Below are positions 1 through 15,339 of a stretch of DNA of 64,000 nucleotides, in pieces. Where the stretch lies: NCBI RefSeq assembly GCF_009914755.1, contig NC_060946.1; one strand, written 5' to 3'. Position numbers and translations under genes: made by a program. The number at the start of each line of letters is the position of its first letter. Within the stretch, counting starts at the first letter, position 1. Below the pieces are notes generated by a model. That model ran no database searches. It saw only the letters and a list, made by a program, of their open reading frames with translations, and was not told the DNA's origin. The stretch comes from the human T2T-CHM13v2.0 reference genome, Homo sapiens.

Positions 1-14
1 TTGACTCTTTCACG

Positions 15-185
15 GCCAGTGTGGTGGTCTTGGCCAAGTCACATTGTCTCTCTGTGGCTCAGGTCCCATCTGGAAGATGGAAATAATATTTTCCTTACAG
101 AGTAATAGTGAGAAACATGAAACAATGAGCAGGTGAAAGCTTCACCCAAAGCGCCCTGGACCCATGTAAGTGCTCAATGCATGTG
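15..185 (+). mobile_element. MIR SINE fragment
   Basis: ttggccaagtcac...catctggaagatggaaataata...gtaagtgctcaat resembles the MIR core and 3' end. Confidence 0.65.
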
Positions 186-344
186 AAGAATGAATGAAAG
201 TAGAGGGATATTTGGGCCCAATGAGGAAGACTCTTTGAGGAGTCATACCTGTCCCAGGAAGGGGTCTTCTGGCTCTGAAGGTCATGAGATCTCATTTACT
301 TGGTCAGACTAAGGTAGGACAGCCACTTGGCACTTGGGTAAGTT

Positions 345-455
345 TCTTCATCTGTTTTGTTCATGGCTCTGTGTTGCTTATATTTCAGCACCTGGCACAG
401 CACAAAATAGGTGCTCAAGAAATGCCTGGATGAACGAATGATTTGACAGAATGAA
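345..455 (+). mobile_element. L2 LINE 3' tail fragment
   Basis: cagcacctggcacagcac...taggtgctcaagaaatgcctggatgaacgaatga is a typical L2 terminus. Confidence 0.6.
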
Positions 456-1418
456 TTGACGCAGTGGATGGGGTGCAGGGTTAGGCTGGAGAGTGTTTAA
501 ACTTGCTTCCAGTTCAGAGACTTTATGAATGTTTGAACTTTAGAGGGGGCCTTAACAACAGTATTCTCTATGCTTTCATGAATTAACCACTGCCCAGCCT
601 TAGCCATCTCAGGCAAATGCTGGTCTGAGGGAGAAAGACAAAGACCATCTCTTCCTTTGGGTTACCTGGAGAGGGTGTTCGGAGAAGGAAATAGGGCTGT
701 TTATGGAAGAAATGACCTTTTCTGCCCTTTGTGCCACCTGCCCACCCCCACTTCTGAGGATCAGGACTCTGAGACAGGGAGAGGGGAGGTTCCTTCCTAT
801 TGGACACACTTGACCCTCTTCTGTTAATTCACTTGGCTTTCTGAGACTGCTGAACATGCTTCAATCTTCCCCTACAGTTGGCATTTGTGTCTATGCAGAG
901 AGCATGGTTGGAGAGATTAGAGGGAGGAGATACTGACAGGAGGGCAGAAACAACAGCTTCCTGCTCATCTCTACAAGGCAGAGTGATTTTCAGCCAGGTT
1001 TTTCTTCCTCCCAGACACCCCAGCCTCCCTAAGTTCTCTCCCTGGTCATCCACTGCTCTTATCTGCATTTCCTCAGGCCCAGGGAGTATCTGAGAAGGGA
1101 GAACTATAAATTATGCTGTCAAATTGGATGGTACAAGAAGGTGGCAAGGAGATGAGAGGCAGGGCCTTTCCAGATAGCAACCAGATGAAAACAGGTTATA
1201 AATAAGGCATGGGGGGCCACCGTCTACACACTCTGTCCTTGACTTCTGTACGCAGGCTCCATGTTCTTGGCAGCCAGCCAAAGGCCGGTCTACAGATTTA
1301 TTTCCTTACCTCGCCTGGCATGAAATTGTACTCTGGATTGCACCTGTGAGCAGCCCATTCACATTGCCTGGTTTTTGACCCAGTTCTCTTTTTCCTTTTT
1401 GTCTAAAAGGATGAGCCA

Positions 1419-1810
1419 TGTGACGAACTGAATATTTGTGTTCACCCCACACCCCTAACAAACCCTGAATTCATATATCAAAGCCCTAATCTCCAGTGTA
1501 ATGGTATTTGGAGGTGGGGCCTTTGGGAGGTAATTAGTTTTAGATTAGGTCATGACCATAGAGCCCCAATGATGGGATTAGTGTCCTTATATAAAGAGGA
1601 AGAGACTGCAGCCCACTGTCTCCCCACCAAATGAGGATACAGCAAGAAGGTGGCCATATGTAAGCCAAAAAGAGGACCCTCACCAGACACTGAGTCTGCT
1701 GGCACTGTGATCTTGTACTTCTTAGCCTCCAGAACTATGAGAAATAAAAGTATCACTTACGTTATCCAATGTGTGGTATTCTGCTCTAGCAGCCTGAGTA
1801 GACTTAGACA
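1419..1810 (+). mobile_element. MaLR solo LTR (MLT1A-like)
   Basis: TG...CA ends; ggtatttggaggtggggcctttgggaggtaattag; tagcctccagaactatgagaaataaa; 5-bp flanks AGCCA/AGCTG. Confidence 0.9.
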
Positions 1811-2291
1811 AGCTGCAAAAGCCAACTGGATTGTGGGCTCCATGAGGTTGAGTCCGATTTATCTTTGAAACCCTCTGGGTCTAGCTCAGCAGATGTGGTT
1901 ACAGAATAAGTAATTGTAAAATGAATGAGTGAACAATTTTTTTCCCAAAGGCAATTGCCTGTTCTTACTACCATCTTATTTCTCCAGATTGTTCCTGATC
2001 TTCTTTTGCTTCATGTAAGTATGAATATGTAAACGTGCATATGGCTGCAAATAAAAGAAAACCTGGATGATCGTGGATGACACCATTAAGCATTTGTTGT
2101 TTTCTTAACAAGACAGGAGGTAGGCAGTCCCAAGTTTAGTTCATTGTCTCAACAATGTCATCAGGAACCCAGGTCCTTCTGCCACTTCCTATTTCGCTGT
2201 CCGCTGGACACTTCCCATGAATCCTGTTGATTTATGTGAACCTTCTCTTTTTCCATACAGATTTTTTTAGGTTGAAGATAAGCCTTTAGTG

Positions 2292-3620
2292 CACTGGTTG
2301 TAAACTGATGGCTTCATGACATTTGTGTTTAGCTTTCAATATTTAAAAAAAAATTTCGGTTAGCTTCCAACATTAAACTAAAAAGCTTCCGCACAGCAAA
2401 TGAAAAAATCAACAGAGTGAACAGAAAACCTGCAGAATGGGAAAAAATATTTGCAAACTATGTAACCAGCAGGGGACTAATACTGGGAATTTATAAGGAA
2501 TTCAGACAACTCAACAACAACAACAAAATCAATCTCATTAAAAAGTGAGCAAAGGATATGAATAGATATTTTTCAAAAGAAGACATACAAATGGCTAAAA
2601 AGCATATGAAAAACTGCTCAACATCACTAATCATCAGAGAGATGCAAATTAAAACCACAATGAGATATAATTTTGCACCAGCCAGAATGGCTATTATTAG
2701 AAAGACAAAAAATAACAGATGTTGGCAAAGATGCAGAGAAAAGGGAACGTTTATACAGTGTTGGTGGAAGTGTAAATTAGTACAACCTCCATGGAAAACA
2801 GCATGGAGATTCCTCAAAAAACTGAAAATAAAACTACCATTCGACCCATTAATCCCTCTACTTAGTATCTACCAAAGGAAAAGAAATGCTTGTATCAAAA
2901 GTATGCCTACACTTGTATGTTTATTGCAGCACTATTCACAATAGCAAAGATATAAAATCAGCCTAAGTGTCCATTAATGGATGCTTGGATAAAGCAGATG
3001 TGGCACATATACATAATAGAATATTAGTCAGCCATGAAAAAGAATAAAATCATGTCTTTTGCAGGAACATAGATGAAACTGGAGGTCATTATCTTAAGTA
3101 AAAGAATTCAGACACCAGAAAAACAAATACTGCATATTCTCAGTGATAAGTAGGAGTTAAACATGTAACACATGGATATCGAGTGTAGAATGACAGATAG
3201 TGGAGACTTGGAAGGGTAGGGGTGCAGGAGGAGGGTGGGTAATGAGACATTCCTTCATGGGTACAATGTTGGTTTTTCAGGTGATGGATATACTAAAAGC
3301 CTTGGCTTCACCATTATGTAATCTATCCATGTTACACATTTCCACTTGTACCTCATGAATGCATACAAATACAACATTTTAAAAAATATGGGATGTTTTA
3401 CATGAAACTCCAGAATTTTGAATTCACTTTAAAAATTACAAAATCTGGAAACACGGCATAGCCACAGTGAGCAGAAACTGGTGGTGGTTGCCCTCTTTAA
3501 ATAGAATGAGTGTGGTCCAGTTGTCCCGGGTTCCACCACTCCTTACTGGTTACATCAGATCGGCTTTACTCATTCATGTTACCTAAAACATCCCTGTAGG
3601 TAATTGAGTCTGAACCCCTA
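2292..3620. mobile_element. hAT-Charlie MITE (MER102-like), split by an L1
   Basis: Halves 2292-2370 and 3386-3620 join as ...ttagcttccaacatt|ttaaaaaatatgggatgttttacatgaaactccag...; ends gtaggtaattgagtctgaaccccta. Confidence 0.5.
2371..3385 (+). mobile_element. 5'-truncated L1 (L1PB/L1MA-type): ORF2 C-terminus plus 3' UTR
   Basis: ORF 2558-2944 ([37 protein letters not shown]...) is L1 ORF2p C-terminal sequence; L1PB-type 3' UTR; caacatt repeated at both ends. Confidence 0.95.
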
Positions 3621-3989
3621 CTTTAAAGGACTTTCACTCCTTTGGTCTGTGGTTTAAGGCCATCCGGGCAAAAGCTTTGTTAGCTACTCACTCCCTGGAT
3701 TGCTCTAGACTACATCACCAAATCATCAATTGTTGGTTCTTTGTGGATTCCACCCATTGGCTCTATAGGAATCTCCAACTGTCCCACTCTTTGAACTGAT
3801 GTTTTAAACATCCCACTTCAAAATGTGAGGCACTATTAAGGTTTTGCGTGCATGAGACTATAAATTAATATACTAATGTTGTAATAGATTTGGAAAATAC
3901 AGAATAATGTAAAGCAATGAGAATCAATCATTATTTCACCACTCATATAAGCCTATTAATACTTATGAATGTGTATATTAATAACATAC

Positions 3990-4240
3990 TGGATTTATTG
4001 GGCACTTACAATATGTTAAGCTCTATTTTAAGTGCTGTACATACATTATTTTATTCGATTCTCCAAACATCCTTACGAGGTAGATATTATTCTTATCTTC
4101 CTTTCACAAATGACAAAGTTGAGTCATAAAGAAGTTTAATACACACAACTAAGGACACACAACTAATACATGTTGAAGTCTTGCTTTAAATCAAGCAGTC
4201 TGGCTCTAGGATGCACATTCTTGTAAATGACACCACACTA
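3990..4240 (-). mobile_element. MIR
   Basis: atttattgggcacttac...gaggtagatattatt...cacaactaat...cagtctggctctag. Confidence 0.8.
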
Positions 4241-4546
4241 CTCGGTATGTGCGTGCATGCCTATTTCATTTATAGTTTACTGGAGATTGCATCAACCACT
4301 CTGGGAAATAGTGCAATGAAAATCCCCTGCTGAGTTTTTAAGGAACTCACTGAAATGACCCAAGTAAGCCCTAGTATTTGGGAGTAGTTCCCCTTATTTT
4401 TCTGTTTCAATTGCTATTCCCTCTTAGCTTCCTCCTGGGCAACCAGAATCCTTGTCTGGTTGACTCAAGGGGTCAAGACACTGGCAAGGCATGTCTTTCT
4501 ACATTTGGTGTTGCTTATTAATAATGTGAAGCTGATACTTTTTGAA

Positions 4547-5085
4547 TTTTTTTTATTGTACTTTAAGTTCTGGGATTCATGTGCTGAACGTGCAGGTTTG
4601 TTACATAGGTATACATGTGCCGTGGTGGTTTGCTGCACCCATAAACCTGTCATCTACATTGGGTATTTGTCCTAATGCTATCCCTCCTCTGGCCCCCCAC
4701 CCCCTGTCAGGCCCCAGTGTGTGATGTTCCCCTCCCTGTGCCCATGTGTTCTCATTGTTCAGCTCCCACTTATGAGTGAGAACATGCAGTGTTTGGTTTT
4801 CTGTTCTTGTGCTAGTTTGCTGAGAATGATGGTTTCCAGCTTCATCCATGTCCCTGCAAAGGACATAAACTCATCCTTTTTTATGGCTGTGTAGTATTCC
4901 ATGGTGTATATGTGCCACATTTTCTTTATCCAGTCTATCATTGATGAGCATTTGGGTTGGTTCCAAGTCTTTGCTATTGTGAACTGTACCACAATAAACA
5001 TACGTGTGCATGTGTCTTTATAGTAGAATGATTTATAATCCTTTGGGTATACACCCAGTAGTGGGATTGCTGGGTCAGATGGTAT
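4547..5085 (-). mobile_element. 5'-truncated L1PA 3' end
   Basis: Poly-T then tactttaagttctgggat...; reverse ORF DKDTCTRMF-like ...IKKDEFMSFAGTWMKLETIILSKL is the L1 ORF2p end. Confidence 0.95.
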
Positions 5086-5129
5086 AGGGTCAGGGGAAAG
5101 AAGCAAAGGAAATGAACTTTTATTTCAGA

Positions 5130-5330
5130 GTTATTGTGTGTCTCGCACTTGACTTTCATGATCTCACAATGCCCTGTGCAAATGGGCATTGTTAATTTCC
5201 TTCTTTTTTTTTTTTTTTTTTTTTGGTGAGGAAAGAAATACAGAGTCACATGTTCAAGGGCACACAACCAGAAGCAGCGGACTGGAATTCGAATCCATGT
5301 GGAGCTAACTTTAGAGTTCATTTTTTTTTC
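5130..5330 (-). mobile_element. MIR with internal poly-T run
   Basis: tctcacaatgccctgtg...T-run 5203-5224...ggtgaggaaa...ctggaattcgaatcc. Confidence 0.6.
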
Positions 5331-5655
5331 AACTCTTCTGTAACATGCTGTATTAGATAATGTCACTAATTATAATTGAAAACATAGCCATCACATAATT
5401 TTGTCAGAAGAATTATGAATAATCTGTTGAGAATGTTCTCTGTCCTTTCTTACGGGCATCACTGGGAGATATGTGTCATCTTGTAAGTTGATTGATTTAT
5501 GGATACACTCACTTTATGTCACTGAGCTGACCTTCATAAAGCTGGTGTAAGTTAAAGTTTTGAATGTAGAATCACTTGAAAGGGCTTTTTTGTGCACTCA
5601 ATATAAAGATGGAACCCTAATGTATTGTAAATCAATATAAAGGGGGAACTGTATG

Positions 5656-6418
<763 letters not shown>

Positions 6419-6729
6419 AAAATCTGGTTTTCTTAAAGGGAGGTACCCCTGTTGTGATGATGTATGACTGTACACAACTATAGTTCTAAACCATCTTTGA
6501 TTTTAAAAATTCTCCCGATTTATTAGAGCAGCATTATAGTACCATTTATGATCTTCTATTACATGATACGTACTTTTGAAGCACAAAGGCAGCAAATAAA
6601 TGTCTTTTGAATGAGTGAATTTAGTGAGCAAATACTATGTGACAAGAATGAAGGTCTGAAGGGAAGACAGATATGTAAACACACAGATACAATAGTGTGA
6701 TCAATATAACCAAATAAATGTTCTTCTAT

Positions 6730-6860
6730 TGTCTATCATCCATTTATTCAAAGGCATTTAATATTTAGCTCCAACTATGAGCCATGCTCTAATGTAAAGG
6801 CTGGATACACAGTGAAGAGAAAAAGATATATGCCCTCGTTCTCTTGAGCTTATGGTTTTT
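6730..6860 (-). mobile_element. L2 3' fragment
   Basis: catttattca...ctatgagccatgctc...gctggatacacagtgaag...gagcttat. Confidence 0.55.
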
Positions 6861-6877
6861 CCACACATATCTGCATA

Positions 6878-7125
6878 GGAGGTAGCATATTATGTTGTCC
6901 AGGTGCATAGGTACTAGCCCCAAACTGCCTGGGTTCAAGTCCTCCCACTTGCTAGCTCTATGACCTTGGGTAAGTTATTTAACATTTCTGTGACTTAGTT
7001 TTCTCTGATGTCTTATGGACCCAAAAACAGTATAATACCTACCTCCTAGAGTTGTTATGAGGATCAAATAAATTAGTATTTGAAAATACTTAGATTAATG
7101 ACCTTCTCATAGTGAAGGCAAAATG
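6878..7125 (+). mobile_element. MIR
   Basis: ctgcctgggttcaagtcc...tgaccttgggtaagttatttaac...gttgttatgaggatcaaat. Confidence 0.85.
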
Positions 7126-7722
7126 CCATTTGTCAATGAAGCAAGTGGAATGGCATGTAATAAACCTGAATTGTTCTACTTTTGTGAGATCCACATTCCG
7201 CCTATACTATCTATTATCTCTAAACGGACACATTTTAAAACTTAAATGTTTATCTATGTACTACCAAACATCACAACTAAGCCTCATTTTGCCAGGCGGG
7301 ATACATTGTCATAAATCTAATGATGGCACAGGGCACTTCCTCTCTGAAGCCCTCTTTGTCCTCCAGGCAAGATCAGCAATACCATCCTCTGTGCTTTCAC
7401 ATACTTTGTGGCAAGCTCTAGTAAGTGCTCATCAGAATGCCTATAGCTCAGTCCTTACTCTTGGCCAGTTGGCCCATAGGAGGCTGATCCTTTGGTTTGC
7501 CCTGCCCATGTGGTTCCAGACCTATAAATATTGGAAATCAGAAAAATTCCACATTGTGGAATTTTTAAGACATAGGGAAAACTTGGAAAAGCTCTTTGCA
7601 TGAACTGTTCAATAACTGTCAGATATCTTTATAGGAATATCTTTGTGCTGATGTGTCCATCAAGAGAACATACACAGAAGTGACACTTGCCAGGTAAGGA
7701 ACACACCCACCTGAGATTGAAG

Positions 7723-7866
7723 GGGCTTTGGAATGAGCATGGGGCAGAGCTAAGGAGGGTGTGTGTCTGGAGTAGGTGGGAATGAAGGGTCATGGAGCTT
7801 TGGAATAAGCATTGGGCAGAGCTAAGGAGGGTGTATGTCTGGAGTAGGTGGGAATGAAGGGTCATG
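7723..7866. repeat. 72-bp tandem duplication (2 copies)
   Basis: 7723-7794 vs 7795-7866, about 4 mismatches. Confidence 0.95.
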
Positions 7867-9179
7867 TTCTGAAGCTGTTTCTGACTCCATCTTTATGAGG
7901 TAGGAAGGAAAGGAGCAGAAGCTCACGCATTCTGCCCAAATGGCCAAGAGTGGGGGCTGAACTCGAAGCTGTTGCTGCAGAAGAGAGGAAATTAATACCT
8001 TTTATCTTGGGAGTCTGGAGGAAGCCATGTTTCTGTTTATTTCAAAGGGTTTAGAAAAGGATTCACCAGGCAAACAGTAATAAAAATTCATCCTAGGTAG
8101 AGGGAACAGCATAGAACAAATGCACACAACACCATGAAATATTTGGTTGATTATTGACATTTTGACAGTATTTGAATTTAGCAGGTCACCTGAAGAGTTT
8201 CTAGAGAAGAGAATATAGAAGTAAGTAGAGAATTAATCATTAAGGTCCTTGAGGGTCCCAAGATGCTCCTGGTTGTATTAAGAGGTTGAATAAAAATGAA
8301 AAATTCCCCATGCTGAACCACTTCTGCTGAGTGCATTCTGAAACAAATTTTTAAAAAATACATTTCTTTTTAATACTTCTGCATTAACCAGTCTGAGGAA
8401 TCTGGCATTTAAAGACATAAATGTTTCTGAAATACCCCACCACAGCAAAATATCTGAAAATGTTTCTTAATTGTTAGAAAAAAACTATTTCTGTACATGC
8501 CTGGAATGAGTTTTTTTAAACACCACCCTTCAACAGACCATCTTTCCGGCCCCAAGTGGCTGAGGATGGTGGTGCTAAGTGGTTTAATAGAGATGCTGTT
8601 GTCTCTCTCTTGCATATCACGCCTCCACTTCAATGTATAATTTTACTTTTTTGCTGGGTAAGTGCCCTAAAAGGTTGCTATAGATGTATACCCAACACAT
8701 GAAAGAGTGTCAGATGATCAGTCAAGCTGCCTCTGTATAACCGGCCTGGCAAAGGCGTTTGAAAATCCTTTTTCCAAAATGTACTTGAATCCATCCCATT
8801 TGAATGAGCTCCATGCACATTCACCACAGCCATCACCTTTTCAATCTGCCTCAAGCAAATACATGTCCTTAAACAGCTTCCTCTGGAAAGCAAACTTCCC
8901 AAGGGGAAGTGAGAGGAGGGTCATGCTTACTTTACAGTTGAAGGCAAATGGAAATGTATTGGATTCCATTCTGAGCCTTGGACAGTGGGCCTCTCTGCTG
9001 CCATACCCCCTCCAAGAAACACCCCCTGCCCTGGCCCTTGGTGTTCACTGACCTTGCCCTTCCTTGAATGCACATATCAATTAGAGTTGGTACTAGGCAG
9101 TTTAGTTCTTGGATATCAGCTGTCTTGAAGTTCTCTCTAATTGTCATCATCATTGCTATAGGCATCAATAGTGCTTATA

Positions 9180-9655
9180 GCTCCAGAACATGCCACACTC
9201 TCTCATCCCTCTGGGACTCTGCTACTGCGCCTGCACCCTCTCATCCCTGAGTGCTGCTCCTGCTACTTGGAATGCTCATTCCCTTTCTTTGCTGCTAGAC
9301 TGTAGTCATCTGTCTGGGTTGCTACAACAAAATGCCGTAGACAGGGTGGCCTAAACAACAGACGTTTATTTTTCACATTTCTACAGAAGAGAAATTTCAA
9401 GATTAAGGTGACAAGAGATTCAGTTCAGGTGTCAGTTCTTCTGGAAAGCCTCACCTAATTCCCTCGACATTGGCTGCATTCCCTCTCTGCAAATTCCTCT
9501 TATCACAGCTCAATTGAGCTGTGCCACTGCAGACCATTTATTTGCCTCTCTTCCTCACTAGATTGTGAGCCATTTGAGGGTGGAGGCTTGTCCTTCGTTT
9601 TTTGAGTATGCAGTGTATGTAGGAGGTAGGAAGTGTTCAAATAACGATTTAATGA
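9180..9655 (+). mobile_element. L2 3' region interrupted by a truncated MLT1 LTR fragment (about 9301-9430, minus strand)
   Basis: L2 motifs cttggaatgctc and ctagattgtgagcc flank gggttgctacaacaaaatgccgtagacagggtggcctaaacaacag. Confidence 0.65.
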
Positions 9656-9704
9656 AAGTAGGAGCAATTACTTTTAGAAGAAATGCATAATGGATGAACT
9701 TATT

Positions 9705-9950
9705 GTCCACTCTTGGTAACATCCCCAATCACTACACTCTTTGTAGGGCTTTTACTGTTTTCCTAGTTTCCTAGGGAGATAGAATTAGTGATGCTTGATT
9801 CCTCCTTGGATGGCTGTTTCTAACCCTTTCCTGGTCAGACCTTATCCAACTCACCCTGTGCCTCTTGTTCCATCTGTGTCAATATGTGTATGTGTAAGTA
9901 TGTGTGTGTGTTTCTGTAAGTTCTCCATGGGCTATATAGCAGTGGTTCTC
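9705..9950 (+). repeat. Local direct repeat, copy 1 (~245 bp)
   Basis: Aligns with 10790-11007 plus 11687-11740. Confidence 0.9.
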
Positions 9951-11007
9951 AATCCTACTTATACGTTAGAATCACTTCAGAGCTATTATAAAGTTAATGC
10001 CGTTAGCAGAACAGATCATGAATGTCAATTTATATTCCAGATACCATGAAAGCAGCTTTCATTTGGGCTTCCTAGTTAACCAACCTCCTAACTAGGGTAG
10101 GGGAAGGAAAATAGCTCCGACATCTGTTCAGTGGGACCTCGAATTTTCAGCCAATGTGTTCAATTCAGTCCTTGTTTGATTACCCAAAAAGAGTCATCAG
10201 TTTAAGTCAAAGTATATTTCTGAGTTCAGGAAAGCAGATTCTTGGGACAGACTCTCTAAGAGTGACTATTCATTGGGCAGGATGGGAGAAATCCTTTTAT
10301 TCATCAGTCTCCTACTGTTTGCAACTTCTTGTTTTTTTTCACGTTTTCTAACAATCTTAGATCTCTGGGCAATATGCATGCTTCTGGTGGACAGGGAGGA
10401 AACTCACATTGAGATGAAGAGAAGAAAAACACAAGATCAAATGCTTGTGCTCTGTTCACAGCTTTATTCTGGCATATAGTAGCTGCTCAGGAAATATTTG
10501 TTGAGTGGTTGAGTGACTAAACATTTTCTCCTTACACTTCTTTCTTTGGCAAAATTTTGTGTTTCTCCCTTCCTCAAGAATATTAAGGTTTGTCTAGGAA
10601 TCCCCATTAGCCTAGACCAAATATAGGGTGGTGGTTCAGGCAGGTTACTGAACCATGGTTTTTAAGCCTGGAAGCAATTTTCTTTGTGGATGGCACTTTC
10701 ACTAAGTGTGGTTAGTATGTGAGTCTAGACACCTGGTGAGTGCTCACCTCCTTCATTTGGAGCTGCCCATCTGTTTCTGTTTCTCCCATTCTACATTGTA
10801 AGCCACGTACCCTGATCGCTACGCTCCAACTTCCTAGGGTCTTTACTGTTCTCCTAGTCTCCAAGGGCGATGGAAGAAGTAGTGCTTGATTTCTCCTTGG
10901 ATGGCTGTTTTTAACCCTTGCCTGCTCAGACCTCATCCTACTCCTCCTGTGCCTCTTTCTCTATCTGTGTCAATATGTGTGTGTATAAGCATGTGTGTGT
11001 GTTTCTT

Positions 11008-12198
<1,191 letters not shown>

Positions 12199-12571
12199 TG
12201 CCTCCGTTTTTTATGAGTGGATATGTGTGCTGGAGTCTGTGATCTTGGTTATTTGCTTCTGTATTTGCTTTGCTCCATCCTTAGACTTCTGCTTCTCTGC
12301 AGAAGTTTCCCTTGGAAACTCTGAGTCCTCTTACTGGAGCATGTAGGTATTAATGGTCCCTTGGCCACAGATGCAGCCCACAGGAGCCCAGAGCGCTACC
12401 TCCAGCTCATCCATTGATACACTCCCATAGCAAGGTTGGCACCTTTGTCTCTCTCTGTGCCACTTAGGCATGACCCTAAGGCTAAAATCTGGGGCAGCTG
12501 ATGCATCTCCCACCACATTTTCCTTCCACTCTTCATTAGAGAAGACATTTGTTTTCTCACCTCCCACATAG

Positions 12572-12916
<345 letters not shown>

Positions 12917-12982
12917 AATCTGCATCTCACTCTTATCTGTCTTTACCACTCTACTAAAATATCTCATGAGAAGATCTCTTAA

Positions 12983-13355
<373 letters not shown>

Positions 13356-13619
13356 TTCAATACAAGTTTACAAAAACTGGTTGTGAGTGGATTTTTTTTT
13401 TTTTTTTTTTGGATGTAGATAAAGAATGTGAGTTTTTGACCAAGGAGATTTGCGCTTGAAAAGAAGTTCTTCGTGGGGATGCAGGAATCCCAACCACAAA
13501 GAGTTTGCAGAAAGTTCATGGTGTTTTAGGGCTTCTCTAGGCCCCAAAAGTGGGAAGTTGGGGCAATCATACCTAGATATCAAATACTAGAGATTTAACT
13601 TCCCCGGAGTTTTAACCAT

Positions 13620-14065
13620 ATAATATTGGGTGAGGCTTGAGGAGGCCAGACACAGATGAGGAGAGATAAACTGGAAAGGGTTTTACAGTTTTGTCATGCG
13701 AAGTTCCCTGCAGAGACAGCACCCATGCAGGGGAAGCAATGGGGTGGTCCTGAGGCAGAGGGAGGGAGGGAAATCCCAGGCAAGAGCCTTTCTCGTGGCT
13801 TCCGTGGGAAGGAATGAGCAGGGCAGGGCAAGTAGGCTAGGGCTGACTAATTTAAATAATTCCAGTGGGTTCTGGGGCATAGAGGCTGTCCTTGGTTGTC
13901 TGATCCCTGACCCTAGGATGATTAGGGTGGGTGTATAGTGGCCCAGAATGTGACCTCTAAAAGGGAGATGGTTGGGGTGTGGACTAAAGCAGCTACTCAA
14001 GAAGGAGGAACTGACTGGCCTCCAGCTAGGGCCTCAAAAGTAGATCAAGGCAGCATTTTAACACT
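13620..14065 (-). mobile_element. ERVL-class solo LTR (MER54/MER74-like)
   Basis: gggcaagtaggctagggctgactaatttaaataattccagtgggttctggggcatagaggctgtcc...gatgattaggg. Confidence 0.6.
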
Positions 14066-14569
14066 ACATTATTCCTACCTAATTCCCCACTCCTCTGAAG
14101 TATGGACTCTGGCAGGGTAGTGATGGTTTCTCTCCAGTTCATTGGTGTAGTGTTAGGACCTAGAATAGTACTTTCCTCGATAGTATTTCCTGGGTAAGTG
14201 CTCAGTTAATAATTGTCGAAAGAAAGAATGTATATAATTTCTTCAAAAAAATTGAATGAATACAAGGAGAAAATTTATAGATATGTTAAGAGACCCATTG
14301 GAAAATCTCCAGTAAGCTCAGGTTTTTGGAAGATGGTGGCCAGATTCAAAAGTGGAGTTTTCAATGTGAGAGAAAAGTTCACAACAAGCGTATCCTTACA
14401 TATCCTGAACCATACAAAAATGATGCTGCCAGCATTACATGAAGCAAGGCAAAGGAAAAAGAGAAGCCCACTATTTGAGGAATAAAAAAATGATGTCATC
14501 TCACATGTTAGAAATAAACTTCAGGACGATGCAATTCTGAATTGTCTCCATCCATATCCACGTGGGAAA

Positions 14570-15089
14570 TATGATTTATTATGGACATCTAATTTTTGCT
14601 CCTCTAATTTTGTATCCATTCCTCCTTCCTTTGGTGTTAACAACAGAATCTTCAGGGGACCACTCATTCTCTCCTCTTCAGTCATGAGGCTCTACAGGTG
14701 ACTTCAGCTCATGCTCAGATCTGACCCATCAGAATCAAGTGAATAGTCTGAGATCAGATTTATGATGCGGACAAAGCTGATGAGAATACGCCCTGTAGTT
14801 CTGCTGGAACATTGGGAAAAAGAAGTCCTCTTTCTGCTGGAGCTTCAAGCTCATAGAATGAAGACGGCGTGCTGGGGACCATCTTGTAACCATCAAAGGC
14901 AAGCCCATGTGAGACTGAAGCCAGTAGAGAGGAAAACAGAACCAAAAGATGGAGACAGATGTTGGACAGTTCTCCTGGAGTACCTTAGGCTTTTATTTAC
15001 ATTAGTCCATAAAATCCTTTTGTTTTCTAGTTGGGGTTTGAAACTGGGTTTCTTTAGCTTTTAAATGAAAGGGGTTCTGCCTAATTCAA
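14570..15089 (+). mobile_element. Old MaLR LTR (MLT1J/K-like)
   Basis: gaccatcttgtaaccat...tgaagccagtagagagg...ctgggtttctttagc...ttctgcctaattca. Confidence 0.6.
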
Positions 15090-15339
15090 GATATGAACGG
15101 ACAAAGGTGAATAAGCAGCGTGGAGGTAGAATGCAGCCCCGTACAGGTGAGATCACAGGTGGCATCGGAGAGGAAGGGGGAAGACGGTTGCTCCAAATGA
15201 GGTGACAACCCGAGTCCTCAAAGATTGCATCCCAGGGTGCTAGAAGGAATGTCAGATGGTCTCAGAGCCAAAGTCAGTGATCCTAGAAATCAAGACGTCA
15301 AGGAATGTAAGAACAAACATCGGCATGTTTTGTCCCCGT

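Noticed and set aside
2558-2944. 128-aa ORF with real protein similarity (also 4759-5106, 18658-19059, 19196-19441)
   Set aside because: These are frameshifted, 5'-truncated L1 ORF2p C-terminal remnants, not host genes.
7112-7603. 163-aa ORF in semi-unique sequence (also 50159-50647 and 51559-52083)
   Set aside because: Non-ATG starts or overlap with decayed repeats, no recognisable domain; consistent with chance.
7620-7700. Possible 59-nt exon (tttatAG...cag|GTAAGG)
   Set aside because: Weak pyrimidine tract and no supporting context; such matches are common by chance.
7629-7865. ORF with a repeated 24-aa peptide
   Set aside because: A by-product of the 72-bp DNA duplication.
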